64,000 bases of DNA from the human T2T-CHM13v2.0 reference genome, Homo sapiens. This document shows, in pieces, positions 52,016 to 64,000 of this stretch. The first letter of the stretch is position 1, and each line of letters starts with the position of its first letter. Both the position numbers and the translations under genes were made by a program. The notes below the pieces were generated by a model. It did no database searches, was not told the DNA's origin, and worked only from the letters and a program-made list of their open reading frames with translations. The stretch lies in the NCBI RefSeq assembly GCF_009914755.1, contig NC_060928.1; one strand, written 5' to 3'.

Positions 52016-52984
52016 GAAAAGGAAGAAAGAACCCCAAACACAGTAATTTGTATACATGATATTTTCTTCATATCAAACTAAACATGATCATACCATTTGT
52101 TCAACCACTAACAGTGTACTAGAAAAAAAAGATAGAATTATTGAAGGAAAATTTTATAAGAATGACATTTTCAGAATTTGAGAAGAAAATAATATGACTA
52201 AGTCAAATAATACTGAGTCTTAAGAGTATCAACAGTGTAGGAATTAAGCAGAAGGTAAATTGTTTTTTTCAGAGGAGTAGCTTGACATATATATGACTGA
52301 GGAAAAATAAATTTTATAACTATGTCATAATGGACTGCTATGGGACATTCAAGACCACTCAATATGGATGACAACTTTACAATATAGTTTGCAGATTGTA
52401 ATGAGTTCTAGGATGTTTCTTTACTTTGAAGTTGTCTAAGACTTTTCAAATAATTGACTAGAAAATGAGTTAGCAAAGCCTCTCATGTCTTCTGAGTACT
52501 GGAAATATTTATCTGGGACTCTTGGTGAGCTCATCCTCTGGTTCCTGCTATAATTATTCAGGCCTGATATCTTTTTTTTTCCCCTCTCAATTAGCTATAG
52601 AGTAATACGATACTGCAGGGCTTTCACTATTTCTGTTCTCCCTTGTAATTGAAAGTTCGGCAGAAGTTTAAGGAAATATAGTCTCCAGGGAGCAGCAGGA
52701 GTTGTATTCATCACTATTTGGTTTTAGCTGGCTTAAAGGAATGAGATAGCATGAGATAATTATTCTGTTTTCAAGCTGTAATTTATAAAGGCCATGATAA
52801 TAGTTTAAATTGGTTGCTGTTTTAGGTTAGTTTCAGTGGTTAATTTTCAAAGTTAAACCATAAAAAGATACACGTTAGCATTTCTTAACGATTTTAAATT
52901 TTTATTCCTATTATTGTTAAATATAATTTATTGTGCCTCTCATTTTATTCTGGTCCTATGCAGTATGGCTTAACTGAAAAGTTA

Positions 52985-53140
52985 TTTAATACCTCTAACA
53001 ATTCTATGAGATAAACAATATTATTATTATCATTTGGATTTACCCACTATTATTACCAAGGCGAAAAGGAGGCCAGGAGTTATTATAACTTGCTATGTGT
53101 GAAAAGCACTAAGTGGTAGAGCAAGAAATGAACCTGTCTC
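52985..53140 (-). mobile_element. MIR SINE fragment
   Basis: TAACAATTCTATGAGATAAAC...CTAAGTGGTAGAGCAAGAAATGAACC. Confidence 0.5.
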
Positions 53141-53539
53141 TGGCAAATAGGTCAAAATAAAAACAAAAACATCCTCTATTCTAAAGAAGGAGCAATGAAA
53201 TAGGAACATAAATTAAAAATATCAGGACCAATTTGGCTTTACATTGATTTGTAAAAAATAACCTAGACAATTAAAAAAATACATATTCTTCCATTATTTG
53301 TATGTGATTTTTATCAGAAGCCTGAGATGAAAGAGCAACTTTCTTGTTTCTTCAGATAAAATGTATCATCTATAATCTCTTCCAAAGATTGTCTACAAAA
53401 ATATTGGTGCAGTAGTTATAGCTGATTTAACATATTTACTTCTACTCTTTTGTAATTTTGAATGATTGTGGAAAAAGCCTCCAAAATATATCTCAAAGCT
53501 GACTTAGATGTTTATAAAAAGAAATGTGGGCAATATGCA

Positions 53540-53755
53540 CACCGCATTCTGATGCCAGACTGACTGGGTTCAAATTACATCTTCATCGCTTCTATCTGTA
53601 CCTTGGGCAAGATATTTGGCACTGCTAAAAGCCAGTTTCTACACTTGCAAAATGGGTAGACTGTTGTAGAACCTCAATGAGTATTACATGAGTTAAGAAG
53701 TGTAATGCACATTGAACAATGCATATCATACAGTAAGCCCTCAAGTATTAATGAT
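53540..53755 (+). mobile_element. MIR SINE
   Basis: GCCAGACTGACTGGGTTCAAAT...ACCTTGGGCAAG...CAGTTTCT...AAAATGGG...CAGTAAGCCCTCAAGTA. Confidence 0.7.
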
Positions 53756-54255
53756 TATTATCATATATGCCACAGAGAACAAGATACAATCTGGAGATTT
53801 GAAAATATAAAGGTACTCAAACAATGTGTCCAAAGCACAAGTTGACATTTTTATTCTTGATTGCAATAAACAATTATAGCAGGGAAACGTTTTACAGGAG
53901 TGATGAATGAAGTGAGCAAAACCACATGGCAACCTAAGGACAATATTTAGCCCTAAGCAATTTTGCACTCAAATATAAAACATTTACTCAATCTAACATG
54001 TTTGTATCTTACATAGACATATAAAACACACATTTATGATGGATCAAAACAAAACTCCAAGAAGCAGATGTCCATCACTTTTGATCTGATTATAAAAAAC
54101 CACCAGTAGAATCTTACAGCTCTTTTAGAAGTATATCTATATCCACTATCATTCAATAGGTTCTTAACTCAATTTATGTGAATGTTTTATGAAAATGAGT
54201 CTTTAAAAATACTGATTATTCCCTCTATGCTGACTATTTGATGAATTAATGTTGA

Positions 54256-54614
54256 TGTATTAGTCTGTTTTCATGTTGCTAATAAAGACATTCTCAAGAC
54301 TGGGCAATTTACAAAAGAAAGAGGTTTATTGGACTTACAGTTCCACGTGGCTGGGAAGGCCTCACAGTCATGGCAGAAGGTGAAAGACACATCTCACATG
54401 GCGGCAGACAAGAGAAGAGAGCTTGTGCAGGGAAACTGCCATTTTTAAAACTATCAGATCTCCTGAGACTTATTCACTATCATGATAGCAGCACAAGAAA
54501 GACCTGCTCCCATGAGTCAATTACCTCCCACTAGGTTTCTCCCATGACATATGGGAATTGTGGGAATTACAATTCAAGATGAGTTTTGGGTAGGGACACA
54601 GCCAAACCATATTA
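54256..54614 (-). mobile_element. THE1A/B solo LTR with 5-bp TSD GTTGA
   Basis: TGTATTAGTCTGTTTTCATG...GGGACACAGCCAAACCATATTA (359 bp). The TSD is at 54251-54255 and 54615-54619. Confidence 0.93.
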
Positions 54615-55129
54615 GTTGAATACTGATAATAAATTGTTAACTTCTAGGTTATAACCCATCCCAAATGTTGTTAAATACTTACGAGTGGTGCTGAGGCCCA
54701 TGTAATTGCTTAATCAGATCTCAGAGGACCATTGAGACCTCCAATGAGATAGAAATTAACTGTATTTTATGTCTTAATATACAACGGTTTCTCCTTATTG
54801 TAAACATTTCAGGCAGATGTGATTTGTGACCATTAATTAGATAATTGAATATAAATTAGCCCCTTTTCTCCCAAGGGAAATGCTTAATTTTCAGATATTC
54901 AATAGCTGTTGGCCATTTGTTGCATTCCTGGTTTGAACTGAACTTCCCACTACTTAGCTGTGTTATCCTCTGCTGAAACAACTTTTACACAGGATAAAAA
55001 AAATCAACCAATCACAGTCCCACACAAAATTGCAAAACCTCAAAGGCTGGTGATAAAAGAAATAAAATCTCCAAAGTAGTTAAGATTTATAATATAAATT
55101 GTCACTTTCTAAAGAAGCTCCACAGATAC

Positions 55130-55550
55130 TGTATTAAGTTTGTGTAAATTGGCTGTGGTAACAAATGGACCCCAGAATTTTAGTGACATAACATAATAGA
55201 ACATTTCTGAAAGTGTGCACGTCACTGGGGGCTGTTTTACAAAATCTTGCTGGCATAGAGTTTGGCAGACCTTTTGCCATCTTTGGCATTGTTTTCCAGT
55301 GTCAGCCTAATCTTATTTACATAGTCAAACAAAAGAAGCCATCATCATTTTTCAAATGAAGGAAGAGAGAAGAGGAAGGGTAAACGTGTCTGGAAGATTA
55401 TTATATTCCACTGTGGAAGTATCACCTACCACTTCTTCAAACACATGGACCAGAATTCACATTGCTCCACCTGCAGTAGAGCCTTGGAAATATACTATGA
55501 TTGTGCATCTTGGAAGAAAAGGAAGTCAATTTTGATGAAACACTAAAAAT
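55130..55550 (-). mobile_element. Ancient MLT1 LTR
   Basis: CTGTGGTAACAAATGGACCCCAGAATTTTAGTGACATAAC...ACCACTTC...ACATGGACCAGAA. Confidence 0.5.
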
Positions 55551-56625
55551 TATTGCCTGAGAATGTATTTATATAAATATTCTCATTTAAAGATTATTAA
55601 ATAGCATATTAATGAAAAGAAGCAAATAAATTCAAGTAAAAGATTGAACAGAACTAAACATGATTATAGAAAGATAAACTCACTGTCATCACCTAGACTC
55701 ACTTCAGCCTGGCAGAGTATGTGTGTTTTAATTGTCCCCATATGTCTAATCTTCCACTACTTTTCTTCTATGTCCAAGCTTCATTCAAAGTGTGAAAACT
55801 GATGAAGGGAATATACGTCCTGAATTTGCTGTAGATGCAATCACCTTAACTTTGAAATTGTTTACATACCAGGCATCAATTCAGCTTAAAATTCACCTTT
55901 ATTCTCTGATCAGAATTCCCTAGATTTAAAAAACAAAAACAAAGATTTAATAAACATATAATCAGTAACATTGATCATACAGATTTTTGTGAAAATATAC
56001 TGATATTGAATCTTCATACGAAAACATAGCCAGACCAGAGATCTATAGAAGTTGTCAGAAGACTGTTGAGGAAAAAATGACTTTTATTTTCAGTTATTTA
56101 AGAAGACCTTGATACAGGATAGGGGATAAAATTTGGATGTGTTCCTAGAAAAATATGAGGTTAATAACTGATGGTTGGGAGAAAAAGAACTTCATTCCTT
56201 GAAGTCAGAAGTTGGCAGCAATGCACACTGAGGGAGAGGATGCCAAGAAGCAGCCATTAGCAAGTGGCATTGTCATCACAGAGAGAAACGAGAGTGTAAG
56301 AGAGGGATGTGATTCTGAATGCATATATGAGAAACTCAAAATATAATGAATGTAATTAGAGAAAGGTAAATATAATGTTTTGCAGTGATAACCTTGAGAG
56401 AACTTCTGCCATTGAAATTTGCATCATAGGAAAAATTTCTTAAATATTATAACAGAAAAGGAAATTTAATAAGTAATTATAATTGCTATTTTACAAAACA
56501 TTATTTCATGCAAGTAATATAGATGCTAAGACAGGTAGCAATACAAAAGTAATTTTTAAAATACATTGTAGTCATTTTAATTCATTATAAATTGATTTTC
56601 TACTTGATTAATCTTTGTGCCAAAG

Positions 56626-56672
56626 GTTTTTGTTTTGTTTTGTTTTTGTTTGTTTTGTTTGTTTTGTTTTTT
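56626..56672. repeat. (TTTTG)n-like simple repeat
   Basis: Seen directly. Confidence 0.85.
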
Positions 56673-57176
56673 TCCCAGAAGTAGGTGTTGTCAGCTGGTG
56701 GAAAAAAAAGGAAAAAAAAAGTAAGACAGGATATCTAGATTTTAAGATGCAAAGTGCAAAGGGACTCTGAGAAATTACATGGAAGTCTATGACGAAAGTA
56801 AATAAAACAATTTTGATGCTACACAATTCCTTAGAAGACCTGTAATAGGCAGTAAGAATTACCATTATTCTTTAGCGCATTATAAATGACACTGCCTAAG
56901 TATGTTAATAATGAACATTTCATCATAGTTGAAAATTTCACCTAGTTCTAGTATCATTAAATATGAGACTAAATGACCTAATAATTTTAATAATATCTTA
57001 GTTTTGCACAGGACTCTGCATTTTAGTTTGTACAGGGCTCTACAGATTATTTGATAAGTATAGTATATTGATTTTTATAATAACCTTGTATAATTACCAA
57101 GCTGGTATTAACATGATTAACAACAAATATATATAAAGAAAAGAGAGCCTATAAAATAACTCATTTAATGTTAAAT

Positions 57177-57217
57177 ACACATACACACACACAAACACAC
57201 ACACACACACACACACA
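57177..57217. repeat. (CA)n microsatellite, interrupted
   Basis: Seen directly. Confidence 0.9.
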
Positions 57218-58614
57218 AGTGCACGCAAAATATATAAAAACAGAAAATAAAACAGTATTAGTGGCCAGAATAAAGGCTAAGACCAGCAAGAACAAATAAG
57301 CAAGGTTTCTGGTATAACGGTAGCTCTGTTTTCATTAAACAGTATTGAAGACATATTATAAGCTATATCTAAGTTAGACTTAGAGTTGTCTGAATCTTCT
57401 ACAAAATCTGTAGTTCAAAACTGAGCTCCTTATCTAAGCTTTTTAGCTTGCTCCTCCTCTTGTATTTCCATATTAACACTGGTCCCATTCATTTACTGAC
57501 CCCAAAATACTCATTTGTTTCTAGCTTTGTACACCATTCTATCAGCCTTAAAACTACGCAATTCTGCCTCTAAAGGGCTTCTCAAGGGGAATTGATTGCA
57601 ATATTATTACAATAGGTAGGAAACAACGAACTAAAGCAATAGGAATAGTGAGGAAGTAATGGAACCAATATGTGTTCTTACTGGCCGCATCTCCATAATG
57701 AGAAAAGTGAGAAAAACAAGTATAGAAAAATGTCCAAAGTGCCCAAAAAAATGTAATACCAAAAATAACATGTAGAACCCAAACCAAGCTTATGTAAGAA
57801 ATTAGGGACTCATACAGGAACCACTGACATGCAAAATGAGATTTCAACTGATTTATGCCTATGCCTATGAGAGGTAGAACTTGTAGGCAGAACTTGAGCT
57901 AGTTATCTGCTAGGTTGATATGTACATTCAATATCACCATGGGGTACCAGTAACCAATTTTTAATAAAACAAAAACAAAAAACCAAATGAAAATTTATTC
58001 TGCATGACTACAAAGAGGTAATACATAGAAGTGAGTAAAAACAGAAAGTTTAAAAATATAGTAACTGAGTTTCAAACTAAAATTCTAAAGCATATAGGAA
58101 AAATAAAATAATAAGCATTCATAGTGACAAAATATAATGGAACAATCTGAAAATGATTAAATAACAAGAATCAATATACAATTAATTTCTAGTTACATAA
58201 CTTTTATTATTCCTATATACATTAATCACACTTCTTTGAACTAGTCAAATTTTGAAATATTGAAAAGGTTGTTGTATGCTCCTTTGGAGACATTGTTTTT
58301 GCTTGTCACATTTAGTATTCACTTCATTATACTGCTTAATATGTCTTAATTTTTTTTCCCCTTCAGTTCAAACTAGTAACTTTCCTTGATATCAACTACT
58401 CAAGGGTTAAGTATTCTACGTAATATGAAGACATTTATTACTAAATATGCAATTCATCTTTTTTGGATAAATCATTACAGTTCCTGCTGAATTCACTCAC
58501 AGAAAATTACTTTTTAATGGCACCAAATGAAAATTGCAATCAGAGAAACAAACATGTTAAATTTCAATTGCAGCTTAGATTTGCAGTGTTATTCTGTAAG
58601 TTCCTTACATAACT

Positions 58615-58840
58615 GAGGGGATATGGAATAGTGGAAAATACAAAAATTTGAGCATTCAACAGACCTGATGTCAAATCTTAGTTCTATCACTTACTCATGT
58701 GACTTTGAGTGAATTGTTAAAGTTCTCTGCATTTCACTTATAATCGGTATCCTTATCCATAAGGTAGACATAGAAATTACATAGGATAGCATCCTTAGGG
58801 TGCTTGCTACATTAACCAACACTCCTCAGCTGCTTGATAA
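58615..58840 (+). mobile_element. MIR SINE
   Basis: AACAGACCTGATGTCAAATCTTAGTTCTATCACTTACTCATGTGACTTTGAG. Confidence 0.6.
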
Positions 58841-59933
58841 ATAGTAGTGTTTATTGTGGTCATTTTATTGTCTTTGTAGTTATGATCTCATCTTATCACC
58901 TGCTGAAATACACATATAATTCCATCCTTGTTCCTTTTCAACATTAAATAAAACTTTTAACTTTAAAAACGTGTTTAGTAACCTGTATTGTTTTGAGCAC
59001 TGACACAATGTAAAGAGGTCCCCAGGTAAAGAGAATGACTTTCTCAGAACTTAGTCCAGCACTGTTGTTTGAGAAAAATGAGTATGTGTGTGTTGATTTT
59101 CTAAATAATGTCGGGCTTTGGATTAAAATGCAGTGCTTACCGTGTTTTGTTCACATAGTAGTTTTATAAATGCTGGCTTACTCATTTATGAACTAGTTTG
59201 ATATTTAAATATGCATTAGATCTATATCCATAAGAAGCCTATGAGGTAGGCACTGTACTTAATAGAAAAATATAGTACAGTAGAGATATAGTCATTGCCT
59301 TCATGGCATTTACAGTCCAGAAGGAAAACATGTGGGTTAGGGGCAATATCTTTCCAAGGATATGTTCAGTGTGATATAGGACTAAATTGGAAGTATATAA
59401 ATCATGTTTTGCAATGTTTTGTGTTTTAAAATAATATTTTTGAGTTCACATTACATTATTTTAATGTACTTCAGTGTAATCCATAGTTAACATTTTAATA
59501 TTCTCAAAATATTATTGCTATAGTACCAAGCAGGAAGAACCTTATTATCCTGGAAGTTGATACAGGTGAAAATTATTCAATAAATTTAGGGTATATTGAT
59601 TAATGACTAACATAACATTGCTTGGATTGTACAAGTTTCTGGTGCATATTATTATTTCAGTTTGGCACAATGAATCCATTAGGCATGTCTCTGACATGAA
59701 TTGTATATCATAATGTCACAGACAAATTTATAGTTTATATCTGCATAATGTTACAACTATTACAGCTTTAATTAGGTGCTTTATGATGAGTCATGACTTT
59801 TGTTTCCTATGTTAGAGAAAAAAAAAACCCAGATATTTAGTCATTAAATTCCTGACAGAAGAAGACATCTAGTTGATTTCATGTCTTTGTAGCTAGATCA
59901 ATATAACTCATCCTGAAATTCTGATAGCCTTTT

Positions 59934-60138
59934 TATCTTAGTCAGTTCAGGTTGCTATAACAAAAATATCATAGGTTAGGTGGCTTAAACAACAGAAATC
60001 CATTTTTCACAGTTCTGGAAGCTGGGAAGCCTGAGATCAAGGTGCCAACTGATTTGGTTTCTGTAAGGGTCCTTTTCCTGTTTATGTTTTCATAGGGCAA
60101 AGAGCGAGAGAGAGGGAGGGAAAGGGAGACACAACACA

Positions 60139-60188
<50 letters not shown>

Positions 60189-62110
60189 TCCTATCTTGTA
60201 TCTATCTCATAAGGACACTAATTCTATTGAGGGCTTCACTCTCATGACCTAACTACCTCCCAAAGGCCCAACCTCCAAATGCCATCATGTTGGGGAGCAG
60301 GGCTTAAACATATACATTTTAATGGGTTTAAAAACATCCTGTCCATAGAAGTCCATCCCTGGACCCCCAAAATGTATGTACTTCTCACATGGAAAACAAG
60401 TTGATTCCATCCCAAGAGCTCCAAAGTGTTAACTTGTTCCAGGGCAAACTCGCATGTCTGAAGTCCACAATCTCACTTAAATATCATCTAAATCAAATAT
60501 GGGTGAGACTTGAGGTACAATTCATCTTGAGGCAAGATTCCTCTCCAGGTGTCAATCTGTGAAACCAAACAAGTTATGTACCTTCAAAATGCAATTATGA
60601 GACAGATACAGGGTAGACATTCCCATTACAAAAGGAAAATAAGAAAGAAGGGGTGACGTGTTGTAATCTCAAAACCTAGCAAGCAAAATACCATCATATT
60701 TTTAGGCTCAAGAATAATCCACTTTGAACTGATGCTATACCTTCCAGGCCCACTGGGGCAGCAGTTCCACCCCTAGGACTCAGTGGAATGGTGGTCCCAC
60801 TCGCCCCACCCCCACAACTCCAGCCTTTGGAACAAAGGTGATGTCCCTGTTCATGTGACTCTGCTGGCAGCAGTCCCTCCTTTTGAAACCGAAGTGGAGG
60901 CAGCCCTGTCCTCCAGTCCCATAAAAGCTGAGCCCATGGTGGAAGTTGCATCCCTGAAGACCCATGAATTGCCTGTGGGGTTATTCTTCTCTTGTCTTGA
61001 AGAACAGCACAGTTTTGTAGCCAAATAGCTCTATAGTTTCATCCTGTAGAGTCTATGAAGTCTGACAACCTTCTTTCATTTTATCCCATTTTATTTATCT
61101 CCTTTATTCCAAACTGGGAGTGTTTTTTTGGGGGGGGGTGAATGATGAGGTTCATGGTTCACACACATAATAATAATCTCCATATCAAAGGGTTGTTTGA
61201 CCACACCCTTTGTATTCTCTGTATCATGGATAGGCTGGAAATTTTTCAAATCTTTATGTTTAGGTTCCTTTTTGTTTAACAATTTCTTCTTCAATTGATT
61301 TCTGTCTTCTTGCATTTTATCATAAGCAATCAAGAAGAACCACAATGCTCTTTTAATATTTTGCTTAGAAATCTCCTCAGCTGATTATCTAATTTCATTG
61401 TGCACAAGCTCTACCTTCCACAAATCACTTGAACACAAATGCAATTCAGCAAAGTTGTTTGCCACTTTATAAGAATCATCTTCTTCTCATCCAGTTTCCA
61501 ATAACATGTTCCTCATCTCCTTCTAAGACATCATCCAACTGGCCTTTAGGTCCATACTTCTACCAACATTCCATTCATGATTCCATGTATGTATCCTCTG
61601 AAAAGAGGGAATATTTCCCAACACCTCTCCTTTTTGCTTTCTGAGTCCTCATCAGAGTCAACTTTAGCAATCCTTTCAAAGCAATATTGGCTTTTTATAG
61701 CACATACCTCAAAACTTCTACCCTCTTCCCATTACCCAATTCCAGAGGTGCTCCTCATTTTTAGGTATTTGTTTCAGCAGCACTTGACTTCTCGGTACCA
61801 GTTTCTGTCTGAGTCTTTTGTGGTTGCTATAACAAAAAAATATCATGGACTGGGTGGCTTAAACAACAGAAATCTATACCTTACAATATGGAGAATGGGA
61901 GGTCCAAGATCAAGGTGACAGCCAATTCACTTTCTGTCAAGTCTCCTTTTCATGATTATGTCCTCACATGATGGAGAGATGTCATGTCTCTTGTGTGAAG
62001 GCTTCTCTGTCATGACAAAATACCTCCCAAAGTTTCACCTCCAAATACTAGCACTTTGGGGATTAGGGCTTTATTATATGAATTTTGTAAGGACACATAC
62101 ATTCAGTCAA
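59934..62110 (-). mobile_element. Two-LTR MLT1A0-like MaLR provirus: LTR 59934-60350, internal 60351-61805, LTR 61806-62110
   Basis: Both LTRs share GGTTGCTATAACAAAAA..TATCAT..GGTGGCTTAAACAACAGAAATC and TACCTCCCAAAG..ACCTCCAAAT. About 1.45 kb of MLT1-int lies between them. A possible TSD is CTTTT/CTTCT. Confidence 0.85.
60128..60186. repeat. (CA)n microsatellite (about 22 uninterrupted units) inside the MLT1A LTR
   Basis: Seen directly. Confidence 0.95.
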
Positions 62111-63234
62111 CTTCTCTAGGTTGGCATGGAGTTAGGAAAACCTACTCAGAATACAAAATAGTTCTAGGAGATGAGAATACTTCATAGAACTTTAAAAAGA
62201 AAAGCTTCTAGAACTTCTTCTAAAGCATAAGTTTTCTTGAATGTATCTCATAAGTGATCCAAGAAAATCAGGTAGTATAAATTGAATATGGTAAATTATA
62301 GTTGGCCTGAATTGAGGAGTTTGAAAAGGCGGTGGTTGAAATGTGAGTCTAAAGGTAATGTATCCACATTGTTTGGACTTTGAATCTTAAATATTTTTTC
62401 TATGTTTTCTTCAAAAGCCAACAATAACAACAACAAAAAAAAATAGGAAGAATAATTATTTATGGCTCAAGGTGCTCAGATATAGCACTTTCTAGACTAA
62501 TATAGCACATAAAAATGGCCAAATTCCTGGATATTTAATGTATATACCCTTATCATATCTCCATTTATTTAAGTACACAAGAAATGGCTCAAGATTTTTA
62601 TGAGATTTATATGTGTAAATGTAGAAAATACAAACAAAAATGTAAATAGTGACAAAAACAAATTTTTTTCTCTGCCAGTTCTAAGTGGGAAAACAAAAAA
62701 ACAAAAAGCCTTGAAATACCACTTGGATAGATTTCTGCAACTGTATTGCTATTCTTAACATGTTCCAGCTCCATCACAATCAATCCATTCTTGGTTGACT
62801 CCTCATTCTTTTAGCAATTAACACAATTTATCAGGTTATGAATATGCAACAAAAATAACCCTTGACAGATTTTTCTTCATCCTGGTTATGAAACCAGGCT
62901 TCATTTTTCCATATGGCATTCCAACTGCTGGCACAATTGTTTTATTTCACTTGGCATTGACTGCCCTATTACTGTCTTCCATTGCCTTTTCTTATCAGTG
63001 TGTGTCCAAATTAGCCATTTCTGCCACTTAAAGTGAAATTATTCAATCATTACATTTAAGAAACGACAAGAACTTTTGAGCAATTGGGTGAATTTTAAGC
63101 AAAAAGTTGAAATTAGATGTGGGCTGCATGACAATTCAATTGACATGAACACAGTATGAAAGTATCAATCTGGCTTTTAATGCATAAAATGCATAAACTT
63201 TTTTATTGTACAGATTCCATCTTGTATCATTGAC

Positions 63235-63420
63235 ATAAATAGTAAAGTTAAATGTAAAGAACAGAATAATTGCAAAAGGAGGTGTAAATCTGTTCTCTGT
63301 GGTGTTGAAAGCCAGCTCTCTAACCTTTGGCAAGCCGTAGAGCCCTTCTGTGTCTGAGTTTACTTACTGCACAATGAGCATGTAATGCCTGCTCTCTGCC
63401 TATTTATATTACAGGGATGA
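63235..63420 (+). mobile_element. MIR SINE fragment
   Basis: AACCTTTGGCAAGCC...CTTCTGTGTCTGAGTTTACTTACTGCACAATGAG. Confidence 0.5.
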
Positions 63421-64000
63421 GAAGAAACTGAGTGAAGCAGGTGAAATGTTTCTGACTTCTTAGACATTCGGAACAATAAAAGCTGGGAATGCTGTAATTA
63501 TTAGTTTGGCATCATTGAAATAATATCAGACCACTTTGGTGCCTTTCATTTTATTTGACAAATTGATTTTTTTTAAGTATCGCTTTTAGATAAATATAAC
63601 TTTTAGCGAAATTTTAATCTCTTTGGAAGTTCACCTGTGCTAATTCCTTAAGTGTTTTAAAGTAAATGAGTTTTAGGGAATGTCTGGCTATCCTGAAGTG
63701 GACAAATTTTTAAAATTTTATTTTATTAAGGTTTAATACCATTTTAATAGTTTTGGTAAAAAATACAAAAGAATATCGTATAGACAATATTTGCAAATAC
63801 TGGAGCAAATATTAATGTCCGAAAGCTCCATATACATGACAGAAATATTGGTACAATAGACAAACAAAAATAAGTTTAAGAAAGGATATTATGAAAGAAG
63901 ACAGTATAATCTTAAAACTGGAATATCTCTAGTAAAATTACTATCTCTTGTAATACCGCTTTAAATAACAATAAAGCATACCCATGTTTGTGCATAAAAG

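Overview
AT-rich primate genomic DNA, most likely hominid (human or great ape) given an L1PA2-type element and an AluY; the species cannot be fixed from sequence alone. I found no host protein-coding exon, RNA gene or CRISPR array. The window is a densely layered transposable-element landscape, probably intergenic or deep intronic. It holds the 5' half of a young L1PA2-like LINE-1 (minus strand; ORF1 stop at R49, ORF2 frameshift, truncated ORF0, intact YY1 site) and a fragmented ancient ERVL/HERV16-like provirus interrupted by an MLT1 LTR and an L1PA8A that itself carries a MER11 solo LTR. It also holds a twin-primed 5'-inverted L1PA15/16 nested in an L1MA and carrying a full THE1 provirus plus another L1, a full MLT1A0-like provirus, solo THE1/MST/MLT LTRs, five dimeric Alus plus one Alu monomer, MIR/L2 relics and microsatellites. 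The ORFs I could recognise derive from repeats and the rest look like chance. I see no convincing new biological system. The best observations are mechanistic fossils: twin-priming microhomology, nested insertions with TSDs, template-switch hairpin scars and an Alu inserted into the head of another Alu. Subfamily calls come from recalled consensus sequences and need RepeatMasker/Dfam confirmation.
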